Below, piece after piece: positions 43,366-54,135 of a stretch of 64,000 nucleotides of DNA. The position numbers and the translations under genes are program-made. The notes under the pieces were generated by a model. It did no database searches. It was not told the origin of the DNA and worked only from the letters and a program-made list of their open reading frames with translations. Every line of letters begins with the position of its first letter. The first letter of the stretch is position 1. The stretch comes from Schizochytrium sp. TIO01. Lineage: Eukaryota > Protista > Bigyra: Labyrinthulomycetes. The stretch lies in NCBI GenBank assembly GCA_004764695.1, contig SMSO01000032.1:4186483-4250482 (forward strand), read 5' to 3'.

Positions 43366-45552
43366 TTATGGAGATAAGTTTAATCGAAGTGATGTTGATG
43401 AGAATTTGTATGCTCGAAATGGGTTTGTTGTGCTTGACTTGCCAGATGATGCTGTTGCGGTTTGATTTGGTTTTTGACGTTTGGAAGGCGTCGGCTTAAC
43501 TCCTGATCCAAGGGTTAAAAGACCCCCGTTCTCCTCATCGTCAGAGAGCGTGTCGATTAGTTTCCCTGTTATTGCAGAATTGAGAATGTCGTCACCTGGC
43601 GTCGTTCGCTTCAACACTGTAATTTGATTGACCTTCGCATTAGGTTTCTTAGGTTCAGGAGAACAGTAAGACGATAAGTCAAGAGATATGATCGGTGCGT
43701 TCTTCTCGAGATCGTCCTTTAGAACGTTTGAAACATCTTGAAGTTCCTGAGACTTCAATCGCTCGCGAGATTGGCTTCGATCACCTAAACATTGCTTAGA
43801 CTGAACGTCATTAACCCCAGGACTTTTCATTGTAGAACTATGCTCCTGTTTCAAGGCTTTTGTTGGAGTTTGCGCCTCGGTGGTAGAAGCCTGAGGATAG
43901 AGATTCTCAATGTCGTTGGTAATTCTGGTCTGGGCAATACGTTTGTTTGTTGCTATTACTGTAGTGACTTCGGGAGCAACAGCTATTACCAAACTCTCCG
44001 TATTTTCTTCGATGAGAAGCTCTCTATCGCGATCTGTTTGGCCAGTCTCAACTCGTTCGTTGGCTGTTTGAGTTTTCACAAAAGAATTAAAGTGACGAGA
44101 CCTATTTCCAGATGACTTTGGAGGCGGTGTCTCACGGAGCCTGACTGAACAGGACGCTGAAGAGGTCGCTGTCACAGCGCTAGAACCTGAAGCTATCTGA
44201 TTTGTATTGATCGGAGTCTTTGGCGCTGGGTTACTTTTTGCCTCAGCCTCCGCCCTGCGTTTAAAGAAATTTAAAATCGGCCCTGCTTTTTTCTTCTGCG
44301 GGACTGCAAGTTGGCCACCTCGATAGTTGCCTGAGTAGTTTTGCGAATAGATGTCTCTTCTTTGATTCATGGGCATTGTTGCAGATCTATGAGGAAATTG
44401 ACCTTTAGCATATGGGCCACTCCCTCGGATCTGGTGGCCCATTTGGAAGCTTTGTGCACTCATGCTTCGCTCTAGACCGTGTTTTCGGTGGGAGGGTGCG
44501 AGTCCAGACTCGTGAGAGAAAGGTACTTTGGTAATTGCGTTGACTTTTCCTTGAGCAATCTGTGTAGCTAGGTGCGGATCAAGATGGGCTCCTGCGAAGG
44601 GCAAATGGCGCTCTTCGTCTGGGATTTTCTGAAGATCACTGTGATCGATATCCTGGAGGGGGACGAGACCATGAAGAGGCGGGTCTGCTTTGAAGGGCTG
44701 AACAAGCTGGTGACGGAAAGTCAGGCGCGCTTGGTGAAATCGGAGTTCATAATCACGAGGGACAGCTAGCTTACCCTCATATCTAATTCCCTTGAGAATG
44801 CGATCGGTTTTGCGATGCTTCTTTACCAACTTTTGAGCTTTAATTACACCCATACCAGGCAAAGAATCAAGGTAATCGCAGCCAGCCAGAATACACATAT
44901 CTAAAATCATATCATGATCAAAGTCTTGCATTTTTAGCTTAGCATGAGTCTTAAGTACGGAGCTCTCGAAATAATCTCCAGAAGCTTCATTGTCGAGCTT
45001 GAAAAGTATGCGGTCACAGCCGAATGCAATGCAATCTGAATCCTCGCTAATGACAAAATCCGCCTTACCAGTGCGCTGTAGATATGCAAGTTGAGCATCT
45101 GCCTCGTATGGAGCAACAACAAAGTCGATCTTGAATTCTTCGAGTTTGTCAATGAGCAGCCTAATTACAGCCGGGGAAACATCCACTGCCTTCGTAAATG
45201 CTTGCGCCGCTTCGCTGTGACGTCCCTTGTTATAGTACTCCATCCCTTGTTCCAAAGATTTCTGTCTTCTCTCCTGTCGCCCCTCCTCTGTAAGTCGCTT
45301 CATAGGTAGATTATCTCCATCGAATACCATGAGTGGAGTGATGCCGAAGTGGCGCAGCATATCTACACGCTTCATGCAGTAGGAAATGCATTTGCTCCAG
45401 TCCCCCTCAATGCAGATTTCTGTGCTACAACAGTACGTTCCTCTATGGAGCCACCCAAGGGCATCTACTGCGGCGACCTGGCCTCGAAAGCTCTCGAGTT
45501 GTTTTCTCTCCATGCCATCTTTCAACACGCGGAGAAGCCCTGAAATACCCAT
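43366..45552 (-). CDS. EXO1: Exonuclease 1 (XPG/Rad2 family)
   Basis: MGISGLL..AVDALGWLHRG; VFDGDNLPMK; VAPYEADAQLAYL; ISEDSD; CILAGCDYL; FRHQLV. Confidence 0.95.
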   Translation of the reverse strand: MGISGLLRVLKDGMERKQLESFRGQVAAVDALGWLHRGTYCCSTEICIEGDWSKCISYCMKRVDMLRHFGITPLMVFDGDNLPMKRLTEEGRQERRQKSLEQGMEYYNKGRHSEAAQAFTKAVDVSPAVIRLLIDKLEEFKIDFVVAPYEADAQLAYLQRTGKADFVISEDSDCIAFGCDRILFKLDNEASGDYFESSVLKTHAKLKMQDFDHDMILDMCILAGCDYLDSLPGMGVIKAQKLVKKHRKTDRILKGIRYEGKLAVPRDYELRFHQARLTFRHQLVQPFKADPPLHGLVPLQDIDHSDLQKIPDEERHLPFAGAHLDPHLATQIAQGKVNAITKVPFSHESGLAPSHRKHGLERSMSAQSFQMGHQIRGSGPYAKGQFPHRSATMPMNQRRDIYSQNYSGNYRGGQLAVPQKKKAGPILNFFKRRAEAEAKSNPAPKTPINTNQIASGSSAVTATSSASCSVRLRETPPPKSSGNRSRHFNSFVKTQTANERVETGQTDRDRELLIEENTESLVIAVAPEVTTVIATNKRIAQTRITNDIENLYPQASTTEAQTPTKALKQEHSSTMKSPGVNDVQSKQCLGDRSQSRERLKSQELQDVSNVLKDDLEKNAPIISLDLSSYCSPEPKKPNAKVNQITVLKRTTPGDDILNSAITGKLIDTLSDDEENGGLLTLGSGVKPTPSKRQKPNQTATASSGKSSTTNPFRAYKFSSTSLRLNLSP

Positions 45553-47214
45553 CACCAGAAGATGCCTTGGAAACCTCTACGTTGATACTCCTGATAACCA
45601 ATTTGCTTTCCTCCATCCAACGATCCTTTTGCTCGTGAAGTGCTGTACCTATCTCTCAATGTCTCTCCCTTTGTTCGATCTGGCACGCCACTACAGATGT
45701 CGAAAGCGTCGAGGTCGTTGATTTCCGTCGAACTAGCTTAACTACCGGGATCGCCAGCCCGCAGATCCCTTCTCGAGAACCACGACAGTCACAAGTTGCT
45801 GTGAGAAAACCCTTCCCAGACTTGACCAGCTGCGTCCGGGATGAAGGGTTATTAGTCCCGTCGAGCTTTAGCACGCCGAAGTTTGGTCACTGAGTTTGAT
45901 CAATCACTCAATACAGCGACGATTGATCAATGATTTATAGCTTTGACAAATTCTGTTTTACCACAATCATAATAATACTAATTACTTACCTACCTACTAA
46001 TAATAGTATGTATGTAGTAGTATTCACTCAGGAAAAACTTGAAGGTCAATCAATCAAAACATAGCTTGAAGAAAGTGCAAAACACAAAAGGCACTCTGCA
46101 CAGAATCGTCACAACTCCAAGTTCTCCTCCTTTGATAAGAATAGGTCGAATGGCACCTCCGACCACGTACATACTTTCACTTAAGCTCAGCTATCGATGT
46201 CGTCCTCTGCTTTGGCGCGCGTTCCGCAACTCGACCCTGCCTTTCATGGCCTTCAGGAACCTCGTTCTGCATCGTTTATTTCTACTTTACCAGTGTGCAG
46301 TGTGTACCTATTATAACCACGAGTCAATGTTATCTTATTTAAAAATACATACATATTTATTTATTTAATTATTTATTTATAAATAAATAACTCGAAAAAT
46401 AATAATTATAATTATAAACTACGTATAAACTTTTTTTAAAAATTAAAATTCTCAAACTGTGAGATTTTCCCGTCATGGGCGAATGGAAAAAACCAATTAA
46501 AGTGGCCTAATTTTGAAAATAGACCGCCGTTCTCTCCGCGTTCTCGTGCCCGCAAGAGTCCCTCGCCTCTTGTCACATCTCAGAGCCCTGCGAAGCAAAT
46601 CACCTTCGTATGCGATGTTTTATCGTCGGCGAACTGGAACAGCGCTTGGAGAAAGCTTCAGACCAATTCTACGTGAGAGTAGCTTATGTCGATAACACCG
46701 CGGCGGTTTGCAACCAATCTGTTCTGGGCGGTTTTACGATTAGGTGTAACGGAAGAGTTTGGTGAAACAAGCGTGAAACTGAAGAGGACCGCAGAAACTG
46801 CTGTGGCGTAACGAATGCCGTGAGGCGCAACGGTGTCTATAGCCTTTGAGGATATCCGAAGAGTTGTATGCACTCAGGTTGGTTGTTGCATTAGTTGTTC
46901 ATCAAGCCTTAATGCAACTTGACGGGAGAGAGGATGAACGGCGGTTGCACACATGTTGAAAATGTGTGAATGATGGCTCTGGCTCAGAGTTGGGAGGCTC
47001 AGCAGAACTTTGGGCTGGTATCCAGTATGATAAGCTCCATGATTTCTGCAACGCATATCAAGGAGAAAAAGAAATTTCTCAACGATCTCAAATCTTGGCT
47101 TGTGTTTCAGTGGCCAACAAGCTGTTATGCAAGGGTAGAAAAAAGAGGATTCACTTTGGCTCATTTACTTTGTTAAGAGAGAAAGAGAGACAGAGAGCAA
47201 CAATTTTCGCATGG

Positions 47215-48240
47215 TTAAACAGATGGTGTCAACCCAGAATGCCCAGCCTCTGGCTGACCATATACAGCAACAGTAGCATCCGAAGGAAAGATGCTTGGTA
47301 AACGTTCGGAAGCGAAAGCAATATCGCTCTCAGCTTTAGGGTTCAGATAAAAGACCTGGTTTTCAATAACAAAATTAAAACCCGGACCACGCTGTGAAAG
47401 GTACTCTCGAACACACATTAGTGCAAGACCAAGAAGATTCACACCCCAGGAGATCTGGTCAAACTCCTTTGGATGGCCTCTCGACTTTCCACTTCCCCAT
47501 ACAGCATCGCGGGAAGCTTCGACAATGACTCTGGTACCTGTCTGGAGGAGGAATTTTTGAAGATCAGGGTTTTGTGAAAACTTTAGATAATTTCCTCGTG
47601 TGACAATCGCCAGGCGATGTGCTCTCCAGAGAGAGTCATCAAAGTTTTTTACTTTCCTTCCAAGAGCTTTCTGCGCCCCCGGAGACAAAGATGAGAGTAT
47701 TTTACCAAGGCTTTCAGTGTCCTTGAACAAAGAGGCCTTCTTGGCCATCATGTATTGCTCACAACAATTATACATTACGCCATCTTCAGGGTCTCTGAAA
47801 TTGCATGTGTGCCATTGGGAAAACGCATGGGCCTTTCCATAGAATGGTAAAAACAGTTCCGCAGGTGTCAGCTTGATGTCCCCATCTTCATTCCGCAGAG
47901 ATTGCGTTGAACTCATACTAGAACCCTTTATGTGTTTTGTAAGGCTGATTGGCAACCTAGATAATTCGCTGCGAGCTGCAAGAACGAGATCCCCATTTTC
48001 CAATTCGAGTGAGCCTTCTTTCGAAAGCAATAGAACATCCAGTTGGTTTGATACCTTCCAAAGGTAGTTGACTTGATTCAGAAGGACAAATTTACTTGCG
48101 ATTGAGGCTAATTCATCCCAGGTGAGGCGAGCTGGAATCTGGATATCCGCCTTCATGCCTGTGCTGCTGAAAATAGTCAAATCAACCCGGGTTTTCCTAC
48201 CCAGCCTCAGGGTAGTTTCCCTGGCTTCGCTGTTCGCCAT
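47215..48240 (-). CDS. NADAR (YbiA-like) family N-glycosidase with an extra N-terminal domain
   Basis: FSQWH; CCEQYMMAKKASLFKD; QKALGRKVKNFD..W; GNYLKFSQN; LLQTG..IVEAS.DAVWGSG; GVNLLGLALMCVR. Start taken at the first ATG (MANSEA). Confidence 0.9.
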   Translation of the reverse strand: MANSEARETTLRLGRKTRVDLTIFSSTGMKADIQIPARLTWDELASIASKFVLLNQVNYLWKVSNQLDVLLLSKEGSLELENGDLVLAARSELSRLPISLTKHIKGSSMSSTQSLRNEDGDIKLTPAELFLPFYGKAHAFSQWHTCNFRDPEDGVMYNCCEQYMMAKKASLFKDTESLGKILSSLSPGAQKALGRKVKNFDDSLWRAHRLAIVTRGNYLKFSQNPDLQKFLLQTGTRVIVEASRDAVWGSGKSRGHPKEFDQISWGVNLLGLALMCVREYLSQRGPGFNFVIENQVFYLNPKAESDIAFASERLPSIFPSDATVAVYGQPEAGHSGLTPSV

Positions 48241-48746
48241 TTTACCAAATCTGTTGTATGTGAAAGTCTTGCGGGCGCTGGGTATTCTTGTAGCCAACAA
48301 CGCTGTTACGTGAACCTCAGCAATCTTCAGTGCCTTGTCAAAGGTTACGGGTCTGCATCTATGATATCCGAAACTATCCTCAATAGACAGAACCAAGGAA
48401 GAACAACTAGGGAACCTACAGAACACCTGCGGAACTTCTTAATAGGTGGTTTTGGATCTTTCAATTTCTAGCTCACTACCTACTTGGAAGAGACTGTAAG
48501 CGCTTTGTATACCTACTTAAGCAATTGCGGTAGTAACGCTTTGCAGCCAGCATGTGCAAAGAAAATCTCAGATTTACTTTTCTTCGCTTTTCTTATGGAC
48601 ATGAGCAACTCACAGTCAATCTTTCGTACATTTTCAAGATTTTGATAAATAATTCTCACGTTTGATGCTGGTTTCTTGTGATTGGATTATTTTATTATAC
48701 CCACTCTTGTAAGATGAGCTATTATACAGTGTAAAAGTATCCCATG

Positions 48747-50039
48747 CTAGATGCAGCGGTCTATGAAGTCCTTCACATTTTCTGTTCCAATGCAGTGGTT
48801 TGCCAAGACCTCGATGAAGTATCCAACATAAAGAGATCGAACTGAAGGATTGACAAACTGTCGCAAGATAAATCGAAGGCCATCGGTACCATGTTCAAGA
48901 TTTTGCTTAAAATCTTCATCACCAGTGTGGCAATCCACGTCAACAGATTTGTGTTGGCCTGTCACAGATGGGACATTCGCGTAGTTGGCCTTAAGTGTGC
49001 CAATTGCGTCGCTTCGTTCATTTGACGGAAGTAAATCTAATATCATACCAGCGTACGTATATAAACCCATAGCGAGCTCTTCATCGTCCCAGTCTTCTTC
49101 AAAGGGGACAGCTGCGGTAAATAATTCCTCAGCAGCTTTATAATCTTTTGAATCAGACCAGACATTGACAGATATAGAAGGTTTTCCGTTTTCTGTCAGT
49201 GCTTCAACATCATGCAACCAATACGCTGGTAGATAGAGAACATCGCCAGGTCCTAAAGTAGCCTCAAGAGCACCGACCTCTTGCACCAGACCATAGTTCA
49301 AAAGACCGGAACCTCCGTTTGCGCGTAAACTTTTTGCAGCTCGTCTATAAGACGGATGCAAAAAAGGATAAAGGCCCAATTTATGGCGCACAGTAGGAGG
49401 CATAACTAGAAACCTTTTGCTCTGTTGAATTTGATAGTAAAAGTTATTACTGGTGTCATAGTGGGCATCTGCAACCACGCCATTACCACCTAGCCAAACA
49501 TTTATAAGCATATTTTCATTGCTTGTTTTGAACACACGAGGCTGGTATGGCAAATCTCTACGCAAGGAAGGGAAACTGTCGAGATCGGCACTAAAGTAAG
49601 CATATTCTGCGCGACCCGTATCATCCATTTGCTTCATAAAATCATCTGTAAGCATGTTCTCTCGATTCCACTCTGGGCGCTGCTGGACCTGGGGCAAGTC
49701 TCGCAGGGGCTTGGACTCCTGGTAGTAGCGAAAGACTCTTGAATGGGAGGTCTTAACGCCAGGTAGGTACTCGAGGCTTTCGACAAAGGTCTCCGCTGTC
49801 CAGTTGCTGCAGGCCCATGCTAGTGCTGGAGAGTCTGCAATGATCACTGGCCTCCCGTTCTTCACAAGGTCAGCAACTGAGTAATTAAGAGAGCTCCAAG
49901 ACACACGCTCCACTTTGTGAAGAAAATGAGAGTCTTCATCTGCTACAAATACGTTCCAAAGCCTCGCAAGCGCGTATGCCAACACCGCAGTAAAGATAGC
50001 GAACCGTGTTAAGTCGAAGTTGCTTTGTTCAAGACCCAT
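48747..50039 (-). CDS. JmjC/cupin-8 2-oxoglutarate-Fe(II) hydroxylase with an N-terminal membrane anchor
   Basis: VWLGGNGVVADAHYDTSNNFYYQIQQSKRF (HxD); LGPGDVLYLPAYWLHDVE (distal His); hydrophobic N-terminus. Confidence 0.88.
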   Translation of the reverse strand: MGLEQSNFDLTRFAIFTAVLAYALARLWNVFVADEDSHFLHKVERVSWSSLNYSVADLVKNGRPVIIADSPALAWACSNWTAETFVESLEYLPGVKTSHSRVFRYYQESKPLRDLPQVQQRPEWNRENMLTDDFMKQMDDTGRAEYAYFSADLDSFPSLRRDLPYQPRVFKTSNENMLINVWLGGNGVVADAHYDTSNNFYYQIQQSKRFLVMPPTVRHKLGLYPFLHPSYRRAAKSLRANGGSGLLNYGLVQEVGALEATLGPGDVLYLPAYWLHDVEALTENGKPSISVNVWSDSKDYKAAEELFTAAVPFEEDWDDEELAMGLYTYAGMILDLLPSNERSDAIGTLKANYANVPSVTGQHKSVDVDCHTGDEDFKQNLEHGTDGLRFILRQFVNPSVRSLYVGYFIEVLANHCIGTENVKDFIDRCI

Positions 50040-51256
50040 CTTGTAGTTGAAGCGATTCTACCGAACCCTTTCACAGCCTTGCAGCCGCTTCTCGCTGAGA
50101 GTGTAGCCGCAGCAGACCTGGAGATCTTTTTGATATGGAGGTAGCAAGGGTTTTCGTTTTCTAAATTGACGAAACCACTGTGGAAAGCTTGGGACGCATC
50201 TGTAAGAAAAATAGTCGCTTTGATTCTCTCTTTGAAGCTAAGTTTAATCAAAAGAAAAGACCTTTCAACTTATTAAGAAGTGACTAAGTGACCACTAGCC
50301 TAGGCTAAGTCCCTATAGGTTATGATGTCACCCAGTTTAAGCCTTGCTGTAAACCGAAATCTGCCAGTTGCTCCTAATTTTTATCTGCCTGACAGTTGGT
50401 ACTCTAGGGAGGATGTTCTACAGGTTTGAAACTTTAGGGGGCCTGTGGGTGTCAGAAACTGTTGCAGAACTTATAGAGGACAACCATTTTTACCTTTTAA
50501 AGAATAAATTAAAAAAGTTATTGAAGTGTAGTGGAATTATATGGAGAACAAGAATTTGAGCTTCTACAAATACTTTTGAGAGTGGATAGGAGCTTTGACA
50601 ACGAAGTAGTGAATACAGTCTTTTTCCGGAAAAGAAGCTACGTTTTCATTGAACTTGAGCAGAACAATCAGGCCTCCTATTTCATGTAACAAGCGGCCAA
50701 GCACCATTTGATTGAACCACATGGAATTCTTGAATGGTTTCCAGGTCAGTGCCGCTCGTCTGGGCTTTCCCAAACACCTTACAGCATATTTTCAGAGCAA
50801 GCTGATGAAAGTTTCTGGTTTAATATAATTCTCAAGTGATTCTAGTTGATACTAAAATATGCAGCAGCAGTAGTAGTAGTAGTAGTACTAGTAGTAGTAG
50901 TCATGAATAATATTGGAATAAAACACGTGCATCTTCGTACTATTCAACTCATCTGCAACTATGACTCAAGTTGCAGCAGTGATGAAAAGATGTTGCTGAG
51001 AAAGTGTCCTGATAAATAAGAGTTCCATAGCCAAATCTGAATTCTGTATTTTTAAAATTTTACGGCAGGCAATAATATGTTTTGCTCATAAAAACAATTT
51101 TTCTCGCCTTGGCAAGGACTGTGGTTATACCTTTTGTTCTACCTGCCTCAATGATGAAGAATAGTTTGGTTGTGTTACAAGAAAATCAATAAAGAAACAA
51201 TTAATAATTATAGTTGTACAGCCTTTCTATGGAGTATAAAGGCAAGCAGTATAAAT

Positions 51257-52096
51257 TTAAAGCTTGGATTTAAGTGGATGATGGAAGTGAAGATCTGTAC
51301 CAGCTAGATCAAATGAGCCAGGTTGTTCGTGTTTGGATGTCTCCGTGACAACATGAATAGAAACAACGCCTGACTCGTCTGGATTTTGAGGCTGGCGGAA
51401 ATGAAGAAAACTGTCATCATCGAGGTGTAATTTGCATTCTCCTGGAGTACCAGAGGGCATATTTTCAATACGCTCTGGTTCAAGCTGAAGCAAGTCGGCC
51501 CACACCTTTGCTGTTTTTTGAGGATCTGGAGTAGCAATCGTGGCGCCAGCAAATCCTCGTGTTGGGGACATACCAATTTGCATACGCGATTCCGGCTTCA
51601 GCCATTCGTTCCCAGCCCATGTCCACTTATTAGCAGGCCTTTGCGTGGCAATCTCAGTAATGCATCCAACATCTTTGGGATGGAGGTGAAAGCCGGAAAT
51701 TCCGTCTTCATCGAAACCAGGACCTTTTCCCAGACTAAACGACTGTGACTCCATCTCTTGTGTTCGGCTTCCCTCATGTACGACGCGCAGATTGAGGTCA
51801 TCTGCTCTTTTACGAGCATGCTCAAGAGTCGTAGGAGACACCTGAACGATGAGCATGTACCCCCCGGGACCACGTCGCTGCAAGAATCTTCCACCGGCAG
51901 AGCTCTCCTCCTGGCCAGGGAGAGGGCTCACAATCTCAAGAAAAGACCTTCCTACCGGAAGAAGCGCATTGTGCATACCGAAGTACTCAAGTTCAGGATC
52001 TCTGAATGTCACGAATGTATCAAGGTGCTTTGTGAATTTATCCTCTGCGTCTTTAAGATCGGCCGCAACCACCACGACCTGACGGAGCTTGCCCAT
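51257..52096 (-). CDS. Glyoxalase-like (VOC superfamily) protein
   Basis: LRQVVVVAADL; RDPELEYFGMHNALLPVGRSFLEIVSP; GRFLQRRGPGGYMLIVQ; FHLHPKDVG. Confidence 0.8.
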   Translation of the reverse strand: MGKLRQVVVVAADLKDAEDKFTKHLDTFVTFRDPELEYFGMHNALLPVGRSFLEIVSPLPGQEESSAGGRFLQRRGPGGYMLIVQVSPTTLEHARKRADDLNLRVVHEGSRTQEMESQSFSLGKGPGFDEDGISGFHLHPKDVGCITEIATQRPANKWTWAGNEWLKPESRMQIGMSPTRGFAGATIATPDPQKTAKVWADLLQLEPERIENMPSGTPGECKLHLDDDSFLHFRQPQNPDESGVVSIHVVTETSKHEQPGSFDLAGTDLHFHHPLKSKL

Positions 52097-52419
52097 GATA
52101 GTTGAAAAGGTGATCGAATCCAAGTTCGCTCTGGCGTCTCCAAAAGGCAATATACAGACAAACTACTCTTCTCGGAACCAAGTGTACCTAGAAGAACCAG
52201 GTTAGCTCGCTGTAGACACCGTTTGGCCACCAGGCACCAAGCTTGGCGGACCTTGTGGCTTTTCTCAAGTTCTGACTTTGACACAGCATTGAATAATTGT
52301 TTCAATAAAAATTAATTAAAAATCTTTCATGTCCGCTGGCGCGAGAGACGACCGGAATGACGGAATAGTATATAATGAAAAGCAAAAACCCAATCGGTAT
52401 TCATGACGACAAGAGCAAT

Positions 52420-53307
52420 CTATTTGTAAAGGCTAAGGGAGGCATTTATGTTTGGAAATATAGCGTCTCGGACCTTTGCTGCACATTTGCACCAAGCTTT
52501 GTTTCCACAACAATTAAGAGCACAATTTTTGTTTGGGCAGGCTTCACCCATCGCACTGGTACAGTTTTTATTACTCTGACCCAGGGCAGAATTCACTAGA
52601 TTCCAGCATTGAGCTTGTGACTCTGGTTTTGCGTTTACACAACGAGACGTATGGCTGCACCAGGTACACTGGTAAGGAGAATCTTCAAGAAGAGCAGCCT
52701 CTCGGGGCAAATTCGCTACGACATGATGCTCAAATGGGAGCAACTTATTTTGAGCTAGGCAAGCTTTGGGTTTGTTTGGAATAGGATGCGAGCAGGGGCT
52801 TTCGTAGCACCCTGGAGCATCAACGCCTCTAAACTTTTTGTTCTGCTCGCGTGTCCACCAAACACATCGACCTCCGGTGTGTTGAATTGTACATTGACCA
52901 TTATTAATTTGGTGACATGGGTTTACAATACATTGATGAGCTCGTTTGTTAGAACGTGGTGGCCCCCAAAAAGCACAGGCGGGATTTCTGTGGCAATTTT
53001 CTCTCATGGTTTGATAATCAGCTGAGTTATACTCATTACATATTTCGCTGTCCGAGTCTGCGTTGATCTCGCTAGCTGCTTTGTCAAAGCACCTCTTCAA
53101 AATTCGACTCTCTCTGGTCGCGTCCGTTCCCAGAAGATTACAAGTACTCAACCCAATACTCGTGTCATAATTGGAGTAAATTTGGTCTTTGCGAAGGTTG
53201 CGCGTAAGATTTGTAAACTCTACATGCTCTGAAAATCCAGTTGGCTCAGGTCTTACACCTTGAGACACAGCAAAGTATGTGAGCACGAGAACGAAAAACA
53301 AATGCAT
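52420..53307 (-). CDS. Secreted cysteine-rich protein of unknown function
   Basis: Signal-peptide-like MHLFFVLVLTYFAVSQG; about 23 Cys in 295 aa; recurring CxxW/CxW motifs. Confidence 0.75.
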   Translation of the reverse strand: MHLFFVLVLTYFAVSQGVRPEPTGFSEHVEFTNLTRNLRKDQIYSNYDTSIGLSTCNLLGTDATRESRILKRCFDKAASEINADSDSEICNEYNSADYQTMRENCHRNPACAFWGPPRSNKRAHQCIVNPCHQINNGQCTIQHTGGRCVWWTREQNKKFRGVDAPGCYESPCSHPIPNKPKACLAQNKLLPFEHHVVANLPREAALLEDSPYQCTWCSHTSRCVNAKPESQAQCWNLVNSALGQSNKNCTSAMGEACPNKNCALNCCGNKAWCKCAAKVRDAIFPNINASLSLYK

Positions 53308-54135
53308 CACAGTAATTCGGATTTGGTGAGCCCAGTTGTTGTGAATGCTGCTTTTTTATGTGATTCACCCAATTATTGCGAAGCTTCTCTCATCCTTAAT
53401 CAAACTGTACAACTCATGCGAGATTGTGCCTTCCTCGCGTCCACATGGCGCGCGCGTGGTCCATCACTAAAATTCGTAGGACTTCATTAATTAAAGCTAA
53501 AATTAGATAATATACCTTTGGTTGAAACAGCTTTGATACCTTGAATGTGTATGGGTGAACACTATTCATGACACAATCATTAGCTTGCTACAATGCCTGC
53601 TGCTCTGTTTCGCATGTTTGACGAGTTTCAGATCCTTTGTTCTTCGTAGTTCCTCGTTAGGGAAAACCTCGTTTGTTTGTGTTGGTTTTGCTTACTTTGC
53701 ATCCGCAGTATTAAGCTGTATTTAGCTGTCCGTTAAAATGTCGTCCCACTTTCACCTATAATTATGGATCCTTACTTGCACTCTGGCAAATGTCTGGGCG
53801 ACCTTGAGGCACTCAATTTATGCGTACGAGCTCTCTTCTTCAACCTACAACGTTTCCCGCGCCTTCTTTATCGCAGTAGCTTTTACCTCTTTAGTAAAAA
53901 GTGAGCATGGAATGTAAGATTGGCACTACAAACGCCACATATGATATCTACACTTCAGTCAAAACGAGCGGCTAGAACAGTATTTCCATAATTTGTGAAT
54001 ACACCAATGAATATCACCCAATGTTGTTTTTTAGTAAATACGCGCGGGAAGCATTTTTTTTTAACCTTGACTTTGCAGTTGAAGACATCGCATATTTAAT
54101 AGATTAAGCAAATGATTATAGATATTTTATATGTG

